Source: Candidatus Binatia bacterium (GTDB taxonomy: Bacteria > Desulfobacterota > Binatia > Bin18). Taken from it: DNA of 64,000 bases. Where the stretch lies: positions 1,056,001 through 1,120,000 of the forward strand of contig OY761159.2 in NCBI GenBank assembly GCA_963664395.2. The letters are read 5' to 3'. The notes beneath the pieces were generated by a model. The model was not told the DNA's origin. It saw only the letters and a program-made list of their open reading frames with translations, and did no database searches. The position numbers were made by a program, and so were the translations under genes. Below, one piece after another: positions 47,122 through 57,526 of the stretch. How positions within the stretch are numbered: position 1 is the stretch's first letter; each line of letters begins with the position of its first letter.

Positions 47122-48357
47122 ATGCAGGACAGTGGACAGACACACGCGAACGGCAAACGCTGGACGCTCGACCATCCGGAGTTGGGAACCGGGTCCTTAC
47201 CGATCACGCCCTATCTTTCCGCCGAGTATTTTGAGCGGGAGCGCGAGAAAATTTTCAGCCGTACCTGGCTGAGTACAGGGAAAAAAATCGAAGAAATCCC
47301 ACGGGCGGGGGATTATCTGGTGCTGGATATTGCGGTCGGCAAAACCTCGATCCTGCTCGTTCGGGGCAAGGACGGGACGGTACGCGGGTTTCACAACGTG
47401 TGCAAACATCGCGGCAATCGGCTGGCCTGGAACGACCGTGGCGCGTGCGGGTCCGGGTTGACGTGCCGATTCCACGGCTGGACCTATGCCTCGGACGGGC
47501 GCCTGGTCGGAGTACCGGAAGAAGACATGTTCTTTGACTTTGACAAACGGGACTACGGCCTGAGCCCGGTCGCTACGGATGTCTGGGAAGGATTTATCTT
47601 TATCAATCTCGACCCCAACCCACCGGAAACGCTGCATCAGTATCTGGGCGAAGTGGTTGACTTGCTGCGCGGCTATGCGTTTGACCGCTTGCCGCTGAGC
47701 TGGTCGTATACGGCCGAGCAGAAATGCAACTGGCGGATTCTGCGCGACTCGCAGCTCGAATTCTATCATGGCAAAGCGCTGCATCAGCAGTTCGCCGGCA
47801 AGGTGATGATTAATAAGCAGCAGCCTTCCTGCCACGTTCTCGACGCCAAACTCTTTCGCCGCCACAGCATGATGTCGTTTTACGGCGACCGCCGGAATAC
47901 CCAACGCACGCCCATGGAACGGCTGGTGGCCCAATTCGGGACCAGCCTCAAAACCTTTCCCGGCGCGCGTGACATGGACCGCTGGCCCCTGGGAGTCAAC
48001 CCCACGCGCAGCAAACAGTGGTTCTTTGACATTTATTACATCTTTCCGAATTTTCACCTGGTGATTCTGAGCCCCTTTCTCTTTGTCGCCCATACCATGT
48101 TGCCGGAGACGGTGAATCGCTCGACCTGGAATGCGCGCGGCTATTTTCCGCAGCCCGCGAACGCCGCCGAGTCGGTGACCCGCGAATATAATAAATGTCT
48201 GGCGCGGGACGTGTGGCTGGAAGACGGCAGCACCCTGGAAAACACCCAGCGCGGGATCGAGTCGGGCGTCCTGAGCCACTATCCGGTCCAGGACCAGGAA
48301 CTGCTGATCCGCCACGCCCATAAGGTGGCGGAAGAGCTGCTCGCCGGCGGCGCATAA
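47122..48357 (+). CDS. Rieske oxygenase large subunit (paralog of 31303-32496)
   Basis: PELGTG..P...Y.S.EYFE.ERE.IF; CKHRG...CRFH; EFYH...LH; ED. Confidence 0.95.
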   Translation: MQDSGQTHANGKRWTLDHPELGTGSLPITPYLSAEYFEREREKIFSRTWLSTGKKIEEIPRAGDYLVLDIAVGKTSILLVRGKDGTVRGFHNVCKHRGNRLAWNDRGACGSGLTCRFHGWTYASDGRLVGVPEEDMFFDFDKRDYGLSPVATDVWEGFIFINLDPNPPETLHQYLGEVVDLLRGYAFDRLPLSWSYTAEQKCNWRILRDSQLEFYHGKALHQQFAGKVMINKQQPSCHVLDAKLFRRHSMMSFYGDRRNTQRTPMERLVAQFGTSLKTFPGARDMDRWPLGVNPTRSKQWFFDIYYIFPNFHLVILSPFLFVAHTMLPETVNRSTWNARGYFPQPANAAESVTREYNKCLARDVWLEDGSTLENTQRGIESGVLSHYPVQDQELLIRHAHKVAEELLAGGA

Positions 48358-48368
48358 GCGGGGGAAGC

Positions 48369-48719
48369 ATGTCCGACACGAGCCTGCCCGAGCCGTTCGC
48401 CGACCTTGAACCGCTGGCCGTGGTCTGGGCGCTGGCGACCGAAACCGAGCGCAACCAACAGCGCCTCAGCAGCACCATGGCGCAGATTCAAACTTTCTAC
48501 GATACCATGCTGCCCCGCATGGAGGCCATCCTCACCTACCTGAGTAAATTCCCGCCAGAGCCACTGGACGCGCTGCCCCAAGAGGCGCGGCGGCTCTTAT
48601 ATCTCGCTCTGGCGATGGCCGAAATCACAACCGCGGTGGAACTCCATCAGCAGCCAAGTGTGCCCGCCGGCTTCGAGCCGCGGCGTTTTATTCCTGACCA
48701 CGAGCGAACGGAACGATAA
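48369..48719 (+). CDS. small conserved protein coupled to the Rieske oxygenase
   Basis: Homologous to 32493-32819; 11 bp after the oxygenase stop. Confidence 0.85.
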   Translation: MSDTSLPEPFADLEPLAVVWALATETERNQQRLSSTMAQIQTFYDTMLPRMEAILTYLSKFPPEPLDALPQEARRLLYLALAMAEITTAVELHQQPSVPAGFEPRRFIPDHERTER

Positions 48720-48723
48720 CGAG

Positions 48724-49764
48724 CTACGCGCTCTTTTGAAAATGGGGCATGACCTCTTTGGCAAAGAGCCGCATGGCCCGCACCGTTTTGGCCTGATCCA
48801 CACCAGGGAACTGCATCCAACACAGCAAATAATCCATGCCTAATTCTCGCTGGTATTGCTCAATCTCCCGAATACAATGATCCGGGTCGCCGATAATGAA
48901 ACGCTCCCGGTGGGTGTCAAAGGTCACGCTCGCCGGGTCCCTGACCACCTCTCCCTTATCATCTTTGAGCGGACGGACATTGGCCCACTTGCCGTACATC
49001 CCGGCGTGCAGATACATGATGCCGTCCCGGGCCTCTTCCTCAGCTTGGGCCGTTGTCTCAGCAACATATATCTCACGAATGACCGGCGTGGCGCTGGCCG
49101 TCTTATTGAACCGCTGGAGCTGCTGCCGATACAGCCGGTAGTGCTCCTTCAACTCATTGATATGATGCCGAGGAGAAGCCACCAAGGCCGATCCCCACTG
49201 GGCTGCACGACGCACCCCGCCGCGGGTTGAGGCCCCGACCCAGATCGGTGGGTGCGGCTTTTGGACAGGCTTGGGGGTAATGGACAGGTCTTCCACCTGG
49301 TAGTACTGACCGGAAAACGAGAAGCGCTCGGTCGTCCAGCCCCGAATCATAATATCGAGCTGTTCTTCCATACGTTGCTCACGCTCGGAGCGTTGCTCTT
49401 CATACGCAGCGAACTCCTCCGGTCGATAGCCGGTCGCAACGCCGAAGATAAAACGACCCGCGGCGATATTATCGAGCACAGCCACGTCCTCGGCGGTCTG
49501 TACCGGCCGATGGAGCGGCAGGAGATACATACTCGTCCCGATTGTGAGCTTTGATGTCCGCGCGGCCATGGCAGCCGCCGTCACCAAGAGCGACGGGCAG
49601 ATGCCGTCTTCCAGAAAGTGGTGCTCAACCAGCCAGGCCGATTCAAACCCAATCTCTTCGGCGATGACAATCTGGTCCAACATCTCGCGATAGAGCTGGG
49701 CGTGGGTCTGGCCAGAGCCTGGCCGGACCTGCATAGAGAACGGACCGATCCCGAATCGCATCAT
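48724..49764 (-). CDS. LLM-class flavin-dependent monooxygenase
   Basis: WLVEHHF..DG..PS, PKPVQKPHPPIWVG, LFAKEVMP. Confidence 0.94.
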   Translation of the reverse strand: MMRFGIGPFSMQVRPGSGQTHAQLYREMLDQIVIAEEIGFESAWLVEHHFLEDGICPSLLVTAAAMAARTSKLTIGTSMYLLPLHRPVQTAEDVAVLDNIAAGRFIFGVATGYRPEEFAAYEEQRSEREQRMEEQLDIMIRGWTTERFSFSGQYYQVEDLSITPKPVQKPHPPIWVGASTRGGVRRAAQWGSALVASPRHHINELKEHYRLYRQQLQRFNKTASATPVIREIYVAETTAQAEEEARDGIMYLHAGMYGKWANVRPLKDDKGEVVRDPASVTFDTHRERFIIGDPDHCIREIEQYQRELGMDYLLCWMQFPGVDQAKTVRAMRLFAKEVMPHFQKSA

Positions 49765-50036
49765 GCTCTGCCCTCCTTTGGTGAAGCCGCTCAAATTATT
49801 CTCCTCTGAACAAGGACTGTCAATGTTTGGAGAGGTGAGCGCTGGTGACAAATCATCGTTGCAGCGTAAGGGCTGGCCAGGAGCGAGTTGACGGTCATCA
49901 CCGAGTGTGCGAAACGGGAAAACAGCCCTGATAGGGGAGATTGCTGTTATAGTCAGATAGACGATGCCGATAGGGATCGACTACTGTGTCGTATGTTGAA
50001 TAAGCGGTAAGACCGTCTCGCACAGGAGGGGTAATT

Positions 50037-51164
50037 ATGGACAGTTACCGAGCCATTTCGTCGGACAGCCACATCTTTGAGCCGTCCGACTTGTGGACCA
50101 GCAGAGTAGAGCCTCAGTTCAGAGAGAGCGCTCCCCGCGTTATCCACCGCGCAGAAGACGCCACCGACTGGTGGGTCTGCGAGGGGTTGAAGGGAGTCAG
50201 CGGGGCGTCCGGGGGAGCCCAGACGGGCGTACGATTTGAGGATCCCGAGAAGGTGAGTTTTACCGGGTCACTCAAAGACGTCTGGCCTGGGAGCTATATT
50301 CCCGAGGCCCATCTTAAAGACATGGAACTCGATGGAGTTGAGGGGAGCGTTATCTATCCCACCCAGGGACTTGTGCTGTATGGCCTTTCCGATGGCGCTC
50401 TGCTCTCCGCTCTGTGCCGGGCGTATAATAACTGGCTGGCTGATTTCTGCCGGCCGTTCCCACACCGGATAAAAGGCATTGCGATGCTCAACCTTGACGA
50501 GGTTCAAGAAGCGGTCAGAGAGCTCACACGATGTGCCAAGCTCGGCCTGGCCGGAGCTATGATCACCGTGTCGCCTCCTGCCGGGCGATCCTATGATTCA
50601 GCTGAGTATGACCCGCTGTGGGCTGCTGCCCAGGATCTGGATATGCCGCTGAGCCTGCACGTCGCGACGAACAGGACAGGGTCGCAGGACTCGGCATTAG
50701 ATGTCGAGGATATTCCGCCGGCCTTTTTCACCAATATTGACCACTGGGTGCGCATGTCCCTGGCCCATATGATCTTCGGTGGCGTCTTCGAGCGCTATCC
50801 GCGCCTTCAGGTCGTTTCTGTAGAGCAAGAGCTGTCGTGGGCCCCGCATTTCTTGAACCGGCTGGACAACACCTATACCCAACGCCCTCAAGCAAAGAGC
50901 CACCACCGGTTTAAGAACGCGCTGCTGCCCAGCGATTATTTCCACCGCAATGTCTCTCTGAGTTTCCAAGAAGACGCCTTGGGTATTCGTGACCGGCACA
51001 TTATTGGAGTGGAGAATCTCATGTGGGGCTCTGACTATCCCCATCCCGAATCCACCTTTCCCCGGTCGCGGCAGATTCTCGCGCAGGTTCTCGCTGAGTG
51101 CACCCAGAACGAGAAGGCCAAGATAGCCGGGGGCAACGCAGCCAAGATATATCATTTCGATTAA
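50037..51164 (+). CDS. amidohydrolase-2 family protein
   Basis: SSDSH..EP, AYN.W, YDPLWAAA, WGSDYPH.ES. Confidence 0.93.
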   Translation: MDSYRAISSDSHIFEPSDLWTSRVEPQFRESAPRVIHRAEDATDWWVCEGLKGVSGASGGAQTGVRFEDPEKVSFTGSLKDVWPGSYIPEAHLKDMELDGVEGSVIYPTQGLVLYGLSDGALLSALCRAYNNWLADFCRPFPHRIKGIAMLNLDEVQEAVRELTRCAKLGLAGAMITVSPPAGRSYDSAEYDPLWAAAQDLDMPLSLHVATNRTGSQDSALDVEDIPPAFFTNIDHWVRMSLAHMIFGGVFERYPRLQVVSVEQELSWAPHFLNRLDNTYTQRPQAKSHHRFKNALLPSDYFHRNVSLSFQEDALGIRDRHIIGVENLMWGSDYPHPESTFPRSRQILAQVLAECTQNEKAKIAGGNAAKIYHFD

Positions 51165-51202
51165 GGGCAGCTCGCGGGCGGCACGACCAGGGGGCTGGGA
51201 TT

Positions 51203-52666
51203 TTATATATCTCCTGTCTTGGGGGGACCATAGCCTGCCATCAACTCATCGACGATGGCGTGGAACTCCTCCCACGGGGTCTCCCGATACGCATGGCCGC
51301 GCACGATGAATGAGGCCCCGGCATAGAACTTCTCATACTGCTGATGCCGGCCCGCAAACTCAGAGCCAACCATATCCCAGGCCAGCTTAAACAGCTTCAT
51401 GCGCGCTACCGCATCAGCCTGGGGTGTCTGAAAGTAGTTCACAAACTGCTGGGCGAGGTGTTCGTCCTCCATGACGGAGATATCGGCCGGCATCTGAAAC
51501 ACGCCCCCACCGCACAGGTCCCGCAGTTGATCGATAAACAGCGTGTAGTTCTGGGTGCACCAGTCGAGCGCCGCGTACATCATGCGGCGGTTAAAACACA
51601 CATAGCCGTCCGGCCAGCGCTCATAGGCGTTGATCTGGCCATGCACCATGCCGGCGATCGCGCCCTCGACCGAGGCCATTTTTCCGAGCGTCTCCCGCAC
51701 TGCCGGGATCTGGGCTGCGCCGGTTGCACGGGCGACCTGACTACACAGGCCGAGCAGCAGGCGCATCTTCGACCAATACCGCACGTTGGACTGATGATTG
51801 CCAAAGCAGTGGCTCGGGGTCTTGAGGTAGATGTCCCGCGATAAAACCGCATCGTCATGAACAAAAACTTTCTCCCAAGGCACCTTCACCTGGTCACACA
51901 TCACCATGCTATCGGTTTCGTCATATCGGTACGCTAACGGCGAATCAAACTCTGACCGGCACGCCTGTTCCATGGATTTGCGCGACCACAGACTCAGCCC
52001 TGAGGCATTACACGGCACGGCACACGTAATCGCTTCTTTTTTCTGGTCAGGCGACAAGGGGATGACATTCCCGATCCAGATTTCATTGGCGAACACCGCG
52101 CCTGTCGCCAGCATCTTCATGCCGGAAATAACGACACCGGCGTCGTCTTCACCTACCACACGGAGCGTGGGTACGGGTAGATTCTGACGCTGGTAGAACT
52201 CCGGATCACGCGCAGCTTGAGGGGGCAGCACGGCATAGACGGTGTAGATGTCGTTGTCGCGCACGTGGCGATAATAGGCGAGCAGGTTGTCTGGATTACC
52301 ATACGGCGGTGTGAGTTCATCCGGCTTCATGGCCAGGCCGGTCACAAAGCTGGCTACGTGGTCGGGCGACCGCCCGAACATACCATACGTCAGGTCCGCG
52401 ATTTTTCGATGCCCAACCATCCGCCGCTGCAAGTCGTCGCGCGTCTTGGCCCGCAAATAGTAAATCGAGTGTCGGTCGCCGTCCTCTTCGAAGGTCAGCG
52501 TCTCGCGATTCGCCGGGTCAGCCTTCATGTCGTAGATGGCAGCCACCGTACGGGCGGCGTTGCGGAACGCCGGGTGGGTGGTGACATCCTCGACTCGTTC
52601 CTTGCCAATATAGACCACCCGTCCATCCTGAAGGGATTCCAAATGCTCCTGACCAGTCTTCAGCAT
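51203..52666 (-). CDS. 4-hydroxyphenylacetate 3-hydroxylase (HpaB) family flavin monooxygenase
   Basis: DGR.VY..G..V.DVT.HPAF, GRSPD, G.K.LAT, DE.D...D.V.VPWE.VF, RH.QYE.FY.G. Confidence 0.92.
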   Translation of the reverse strand: MLKTGQEHLESLQDGRVVYIGKERVEDVTTHPAFRNAARTVAAIYDMKADPANRETLTFEEDGDRHSIYYLRAKTRDDLQRRMVGHRKIADLTYGMFGRSPDHVASFVTGLAMKPDELTPPYGNPDNLLAYYRHVRDNDIYTVYAVLPPQAARDPEFYQRQNLPVPTLRVVGEDDAGVVISGMKMLATGAVFANEIWIGNVIPLSPDQKKEAITCAVPCNASGLSLWSRKSMEQACRSEFDSPLAYRYDETDSMVMCDQVKVPWEKVFVHDDAVLSRDIYLKTPSHCFGNHQSNVRYWSKMRLLLGLCSQVARATGAAQIPAVRETLGKMASVEGAIAGMVHGQINAYERWPDGYVCFNRRMMYAALDWCTQNYTLFIDQLRDLCGGGVFQMPADISVMEDEHLAQQFVNYFQTPQADAVARMKLFKLAWDMVGSEFAGRHQQYEKFYAGASFIVRGHAYRETPWEEFHAIVDELMAGYGPPKTGDI

Positions 52667-53001
52667 GGGTGTCTCCTTTACATCAGCTCGGTATGAGCCG
52701 TGCATAGCACGCATTGTGGGCGAAATCGCGTTCGATACTCGTGGGAGAGAAACTCTCCTTGCTGAGGCCCGACCATCAGCAGGGATTAGACGGATGCGGA
52801 TTCTCCCGAAATCAGTTGGATATTAGGAGGGGGCAGAGGGAGAGGGACTATCATAGAAAGTGATATAATTTGAGCTAAGGGGGGAGTCTCACTTGACTTT
52901 TGCTGACAACTGACCCAGTTTCTCTCCACTAGTTGGCGTTGTCTGGATGAATCCGCCACCACTGAGAGCGCACGCACGGGCGCGCGCAAAAGGAACGTCA
53001 G

Positions 53002-54198
53002 ATGTACGAAATGTTATCCGGCCTTCGCGTGGTCGAAATGGGCCATATTGCCCTTGGGCCCCTAGCTGCCCAAATGTTGGGTGACTATGGCGCGGAAGTC
53101 ATCAAAATCGAGTCGCCAAGCGGCGATCTGTACCGCGCCCTCGGAATAAGCCGCAACCAGGGTATGAGCGCCCAATGGATGGCTTGCAATCGCAACAAAC
53201 GCAGCGTGGCTATCGACCTCAAGCGTGAGGAAGGTCGGGAACTGCTGCGTGACTTACTGAAGACGGCGGACGCGTTCCTCCACAACATGCGTCCACCCGC
53301 TATTCGCCGCTTAGGCTTCGACTACGCGGCGGTGCGTAAAATCAATCCCGACATCGTCTACTGCTTCTCCGGCGGCTTCGGACAGAATGGTCCGTATAAG
53401 GATTACCCGGCGTTCGACGATATCATCCAAGCGTACTCGGGCATCGCTGCTGTCAATAGCCTGCAAACAGGACAACCTGAACTGGTCCCCATGGTGGTGT
53501 GCGACACCCTGACTGGACAAGCGCTCGGGCAAGCCCTACTCGCAGGGCTACTCAGTCGTCAACTGCACGGCGAAGGAGTCTGCATCGAAGTGCCGATGTA
53601 CGAGTTGGTTGTGAGCGCGCTCATGAATCAACACCTGAACGGCGAAGGCTTCGTTCCCGCGGAAGGGCCACTTGGTTATAAACGCGTGCTGAACCCATCA
53701 AGACGCCCGTGTCGAACGAAAGACGGCTTCATGGTGCATGGCGTCTACAAGGTCGAGAACTGGCGCAAGTTGTGCGAGGCGGTGGGCCGTCACGATTTGC
53801 TCGATAGCGGCATGCTAGACGACCAACACACCGTCGCGGCCAACATCTCAACCCTGTACAAAATCATGCTCGAAGAGATCATGCCGCAACGCACGAATAC
53901 CGAATGGGTCGCTCTCTTCAATGCATTGGACATTCCTTACGCTGAAGTCCAGCAGCTGGACACGTTAATGGACGACGAGCATTTGCGTGCCGTTGGATTG
54001 TTCGAAGAATATGAGCATCCGACAGAAGGCGCCGTGCGGCAAATTCGCCAACCGATCAATGTGACTGGACGTGACCGCCGCGGCGACCGGCCACCGCCGC
54101 AGGTCGGCCAAGACTCCGTAAACGTCTTGAACGAGCTGTACGGCGATGAGGACCATGTGCGCCAGCTCATCGATGACGGCATCGTCGTGGCCAGGTAA
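53002..54198 (+). CDS. family III CoA-transferase
   Basis: GAEVIKIE, NRNKRS..IDLK, GFGQ.GP, D.LTG. Confidence 0.94.
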   Translation: MYEMLSGLRVVEMGHIALGPLAAQMLGDYGAEVIKIESPSGDLYRALGISRNQGMSAQWMACNRNKRSVAIDLKREEGRELLRDLLKTADAFLHNMRPPAIRRLGFDYAAVRKINPDIVYCFSGGFGQNGPYKDYPAFDDIIQAYSGIAAVNSLQTGQPELVPMVVCDTLTGQALGQALLAGLLSRQLHGEGVCIEVPMYELVVSALMNQHLNGEGFVPAEGPLGYKRVLNPSRRPCRTKDGFMVHGVYKVENWRKLCEAVGRHDLLDSGMLDDQHTVAANISTLYKIMLEEIMPQRTNTEWVALFNALDIPYAEVQQLDTLMDDEHLRAVGLFEEYEHPTEGAVRQIRQPINVTGRDRRGDRPPPQVGQDSVNVLNELYGDEDHVRQLIDDGIVVAR

Positions 54199-54256
54199 AC
54201 ATATACGAAGGAATCGAAAGTGGCACAATTCCTCTCGAACAAACGGCGCCCATCTG

Positions 54257-55030
54257 CTAGCCCATATTCTTCACCATTCCGCCGTCGATGTCATACGCCG
54301 CACCCGTGATAAAGCTGGCTCGTTCTGAGCACAGAAAGGCGACCAAGTCGGCAATCTCTTCAGGGCGGCCAAACCGACCGAGCGGAATATTGGCGGCGGC
54401 AAAGTCGTTGATCATGCCGTCCGGGTCGTCGGGATTCAACGTCTTTGCCAAACCATCCCACAGTGGAGTCCGCGTCGGCCCTGGGCAGACGACGTTCACC
54501 AGGATGTTATCCTTAGCCAGTTCGTCGGCTAAGGTTTTGCTCAGACTGATGACAGCCGCTTTCGTTGTGTTGTAGTCGATCAATCCAGCGTTGGGCTGTT
54601 TGCCGAAGATCGACGAAATATTGATAATCCGGCCCCATTTTTGTTTTTGCATCAGGGGAATGGCAAGCCGGGAGCAGCGAATCACGCTGAACAGATTGAT
54701 ATCAAGATTATCTTGCCACTCCTCATCTGACAGACTCAGCCCCTGACTCAGATGGTACCAGCCAGCATTATTGACCAGGATATCAAGCTTGCCGAACTGC
54801 TGTACCGTTGTGTCAAAAAGGGTCTGGATGCCTGCCACTTTACTGACATCAGCCTGGACTGCTAGAGCATGCGGACCTAAAGCTTGGGCGGTGCGAGCTA
54901 ATTGCTCCTCACCGCGGGCGCAAATCACGACGTGGGCTCCCTCTTTGACCAGGCGCTGGGCCATGGCCTCGCCCAGACCGTAGCTCGCTCCAGTAACGAC
55001 CGCTACGCGATCTTTTAAACCAAGATCCAT
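54257..55030 (-). CDS. SDR oxidoreductase
   Basis: TGAS.GLG, NNAG, YNTTK, PLGRFG.PEE. Confidence 0.95.
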   Translation of the reverse strand: MDLGLKDRVAVVTGASYGLGEAMAQRLVKEGAHVVICARGEEQLARTAQALGPHALAVQADVSKVAGIQTLFDTTVQQFGKLDILVNNAGWYHLSQGLSLSDEEWQDNLDINLFSVIRCSRLAIPLMQKQKWGRIINISSIFGKQPNAGLIDYNTTKAAVISLSKTLADELAKDNILVNVVCPGPTRTPLWDGLAKTLNPDDPDGMINDFAAANIPLGRFGRPEEIADLVAFLCSERASFITGAAYDIDGGMVKNMG

Positions 55031-55344
55031 GTCTCCCTCCTTCCCACGCTATCGCTTATCAATTCGGGGTTGCGATAGCAAACGATACTGGAGAAGTAAT
55101 GAGGGACGTTACAGTCTGAACGGAGCGACGGCAACGATATTGGCGGCGCTGCGATCGGGTATCGGGCAGGGGGATTATAGGGTGGATGGTGATCTCTTCA
55201 TCGGGAACGACGATTTTCTGTTTGGTCTCAAAGCTGGGCTGCTGATGGGCCGACCCGGCAAATCGTGGGATGACTTTACAATACGGTGGGCAGGTACTAG
55301 AAGGTGAATTGCCATATGGACAGGTGATTCAGAAGGAGGCAACG

Positions 55345-56565
55345 ATGGCGATGGGACTGGACCAGGTACAACCAGCGGCCCCGCTGGATTTTTTGATGAT
55401 TGATGCCGACCACCATTATTATGAGCCAGATGATTGCTTCACGCGTCATATGGAATCAGCCTATGCCAACCGTGCGGTCAATATCCGCAGAGGCGAGGGC
55501 AAGTTTGGACGGGTGTATATCGGCGATGAACGTATACGATTTTTTAGCGTCATTCCTGGTGACCACACGGGCGGGCCTGGCGCACTACAGAAATTTCTCA
55601 AGAGTCACTCAGGCGAGGGCGATGGCCTGGTCTCGGGCGAGACAGTCTCAGCGCCAACGTTTCCCGAATCAACAGACTACAACGTGCGGTTGCGAAAGAT
55701 GAATGAACAAGGGGTCGAGGCAGCCCTGATGCTTCCGACGCTGGGTGTCGGCGTCGCGCATGAGCTCCGCCACGAGCCGCAAGCCTTGTTCGCCAATTTG
55801 CGCGCGTTTAACCGTTGGCTCGAGGAGGACTGGAGCTTTGGGAAGGATGGCCGTCTCTATGGTATTCCCGTCTTGTCACTCGTGGATATTGACCTCGCAG
55901 TCGCCGAACTCGAACGGGTCCTCGCCTTAGGCGCGCGAAGTGTGAACTTAACGCCAGGTCCGGTCAATGGGCACTCGCCGGCAGACCCGCTGTATGATCC
56001 GTTCTGGGCACGCTGTCAGGAAGCCGGCATTCCGGTTGTGTTTCATCTGGGCAATGACGGCCTGACCGAAATATACTCTTCACAATGGAGTGAGAGCCCC
56101 TCCCCTCCGAGCCACCGGCTCAGTCCGTTCCAACGGGTGATCGCTTCGACGGAACGCGCGACGGCTGACACCCTGAGCGCGCTCGTGTTCCACAATCTGT
56201 TTGGTCGATTTCCGGGTCTACAGGTCGTGAGCATTGAGAACGGGGCCACATGGATTGCGCCCTTACTCAAGGCTATGGACCACGCGGCGCGGTTGTCGGG
56301 TCCACGAGATTGGACATTCGGACATTCTCCGGACCGACCCAGCGAAATTTTCAAGCGACACATTAAAGTCTCTCCCTTTCCGGAAGAGGACATTCCGGCG
56401 CTGGTCGAGGTCCTCGGGCCAGAAAACGTGTTGGCCGGTTCCGACTGGCCGCATCCTGAGGGATGTGCTGAGCCGATTGATTATGTGGAAGGGCTGGAAG
56501 GCTTGTCACCTGAGGTGGTGCGTGCGGTGATGCGCGATAACACACAGAAGCTCTTTGGCGTCTAA
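55345..56565 (+). CDS. amidohydrolase-2 family protein
   Basis: DADHHYYE, AFNRWL.EDW, GSDWPH.EG; GGAGG RBS. Confidence 0.92.
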   Translation: MAMGLDQVQPAAPLDFLMIDADHHYYEPDDCFTRHMESAYANRAVNIRRGEGKFGRVYIGDERIRFFSVIPGDHTGGPGALQKFLKSHSGEGDGLVSGETVSAPTFPESTDYNVRLRKMNEQGVEAALMLPTLGVGVAHELRHEPQALFANLRAFNRWLEEDWSFGKDGRLYGIPVLSLVDIDLAVAELERVLALGARSVNLTPGPVNGHSPADPLYDPFWARCQEAGIPVVFHLGNDGLTEIYSSQWSESPSPPSHRLSPFQRVIASTERATADTLSALVFHNLFGRFPGLQVVSIENGATWIAPLLKAMDHAARLSGPRDWTFGHSPDRPSEIFKRHIKVSPFPEEDIPALVEVLGPENVLAGSDWPHPEGCAEPIDYVEGLEGLSPEVVRAVMRDNTQKLFGV

Positions 56566-56600
56566 CCCGACCCCACAGGTCTTTACGTGTCCTACGGGTC

Positions 56601-56750
56601 AAACGGGATATCCGCATCCGCATTGAGGAAATGGGCCTCCCCTACACGATCGTGATTCCCGTCTCCCCCGAGTCGTAGGAACTGTTTGTGAATGCGGTCA
56701 TGCCCGCGTTTGGGTCGTGCGGGGACAATATGTTGGGAGAAAAACAGTGA
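56601..56750 (+). pseudogene. C-terminal remnant of an LLM-type gene
   Basis: Frame reads ...IEEMGLPYTIVIPVSPES*ELFVNAVMPAF..., with TAG at 56676; terminal TGA overlaps the methyltransferase GTG. Confidence 0.5.
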
Positions 56751-57514
56751 GCGACATCAAGCAATCCGTCCACGATCAGTTCGGTCGGGCAGCCGCGCAA
56801 TATAAAACCAGCCAGGTCCATGCCACGGGCGAGGATTTGGTCCGGATTGCCAAGCTGGTGCAACAGCAGGAACAGCCGTACGCCCTGGATGCGGGCTGTG
56901 GCGCGGGCCATGCCTCGATGGCTATCGCTCCGTATAGCCGCCGGGTCGTCGCCCTGGACCTCACCCCGCATATGCTGGAGCAGGTCGAGCAGTTGGCCGC
57001 CGAACGCGGCTTCTCCCATATCGAAACGCGCCAGGGCGATGTCGAACAGATTCCGTTTGGAGACAACAGCTTTGATCTTGTGGTCTCCCGCTATAGCGCC
57101 CATCACTGGCCGGACCCCCTGACGGCGCTCCAGGAATGCGCTCGCGTGCTGAAGCCCGGCGGACGATTTATCCTGAGCGATATTATTTCGCCCGAAGAGC
57201 CGGCGCACGACACCTTTCTACAAACGTTTGAACTCCTGCGTGACGCCTCGCACGTCCGCGACCACACGCTTGCCCAGTGGCAGACCATGTTTGTACGGAA
57301 CGGGTTTCAGTCACGCGTCGTTTTCACCTGGCGCCTGCCGCTGGACTTCCAGGCCTGGACAGCCCGGATGGCGACCCCACCCGCACGAGTCGCCATGGTG
57401 CAGCACTTGTATGAGAGCGCGCCCGAGGAGATCCGAACGGCTTTCGCTATCCAGGACAATTACGATTTTGCCCTGTACGGAGCGTTGTTTGAGGCGACCT
57501 GTCAGGGCGGCTAA
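56747..57514 (+). CDS. class I SAM-dependent methyltransferase (UbiE/YafE-like)
   Basis: LDAGCGAGH, PF.D.SFDLV.SR...HHW, RVLKPGG, RD.SHVR. Confidence 0.94.
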   Translation: MSDIKQSVHDQFGRAAAQYKTSQVHATGEDLVRIAKLVQQQEQPYALDAGCGAGHASMAIAPYSRRVVALDLTPHMLEQVEQLAAERGFSHIETRQGDVEQIPFGDNSFDLVVSRYSAHHWPDPLTALQECARVLKPGGRFILSDIISPEEPAHDTFLQTFELLRDASHVRDHTLAQWQTMFVRNGFQSRVVFTWRLPLDFQAWTARMATPPARVAMVQHLYESAPEEIRTAFAIQDNYDFALYGALFEATCQGG

Positions 57515-57526
57515 CAGGAGGCAGCC

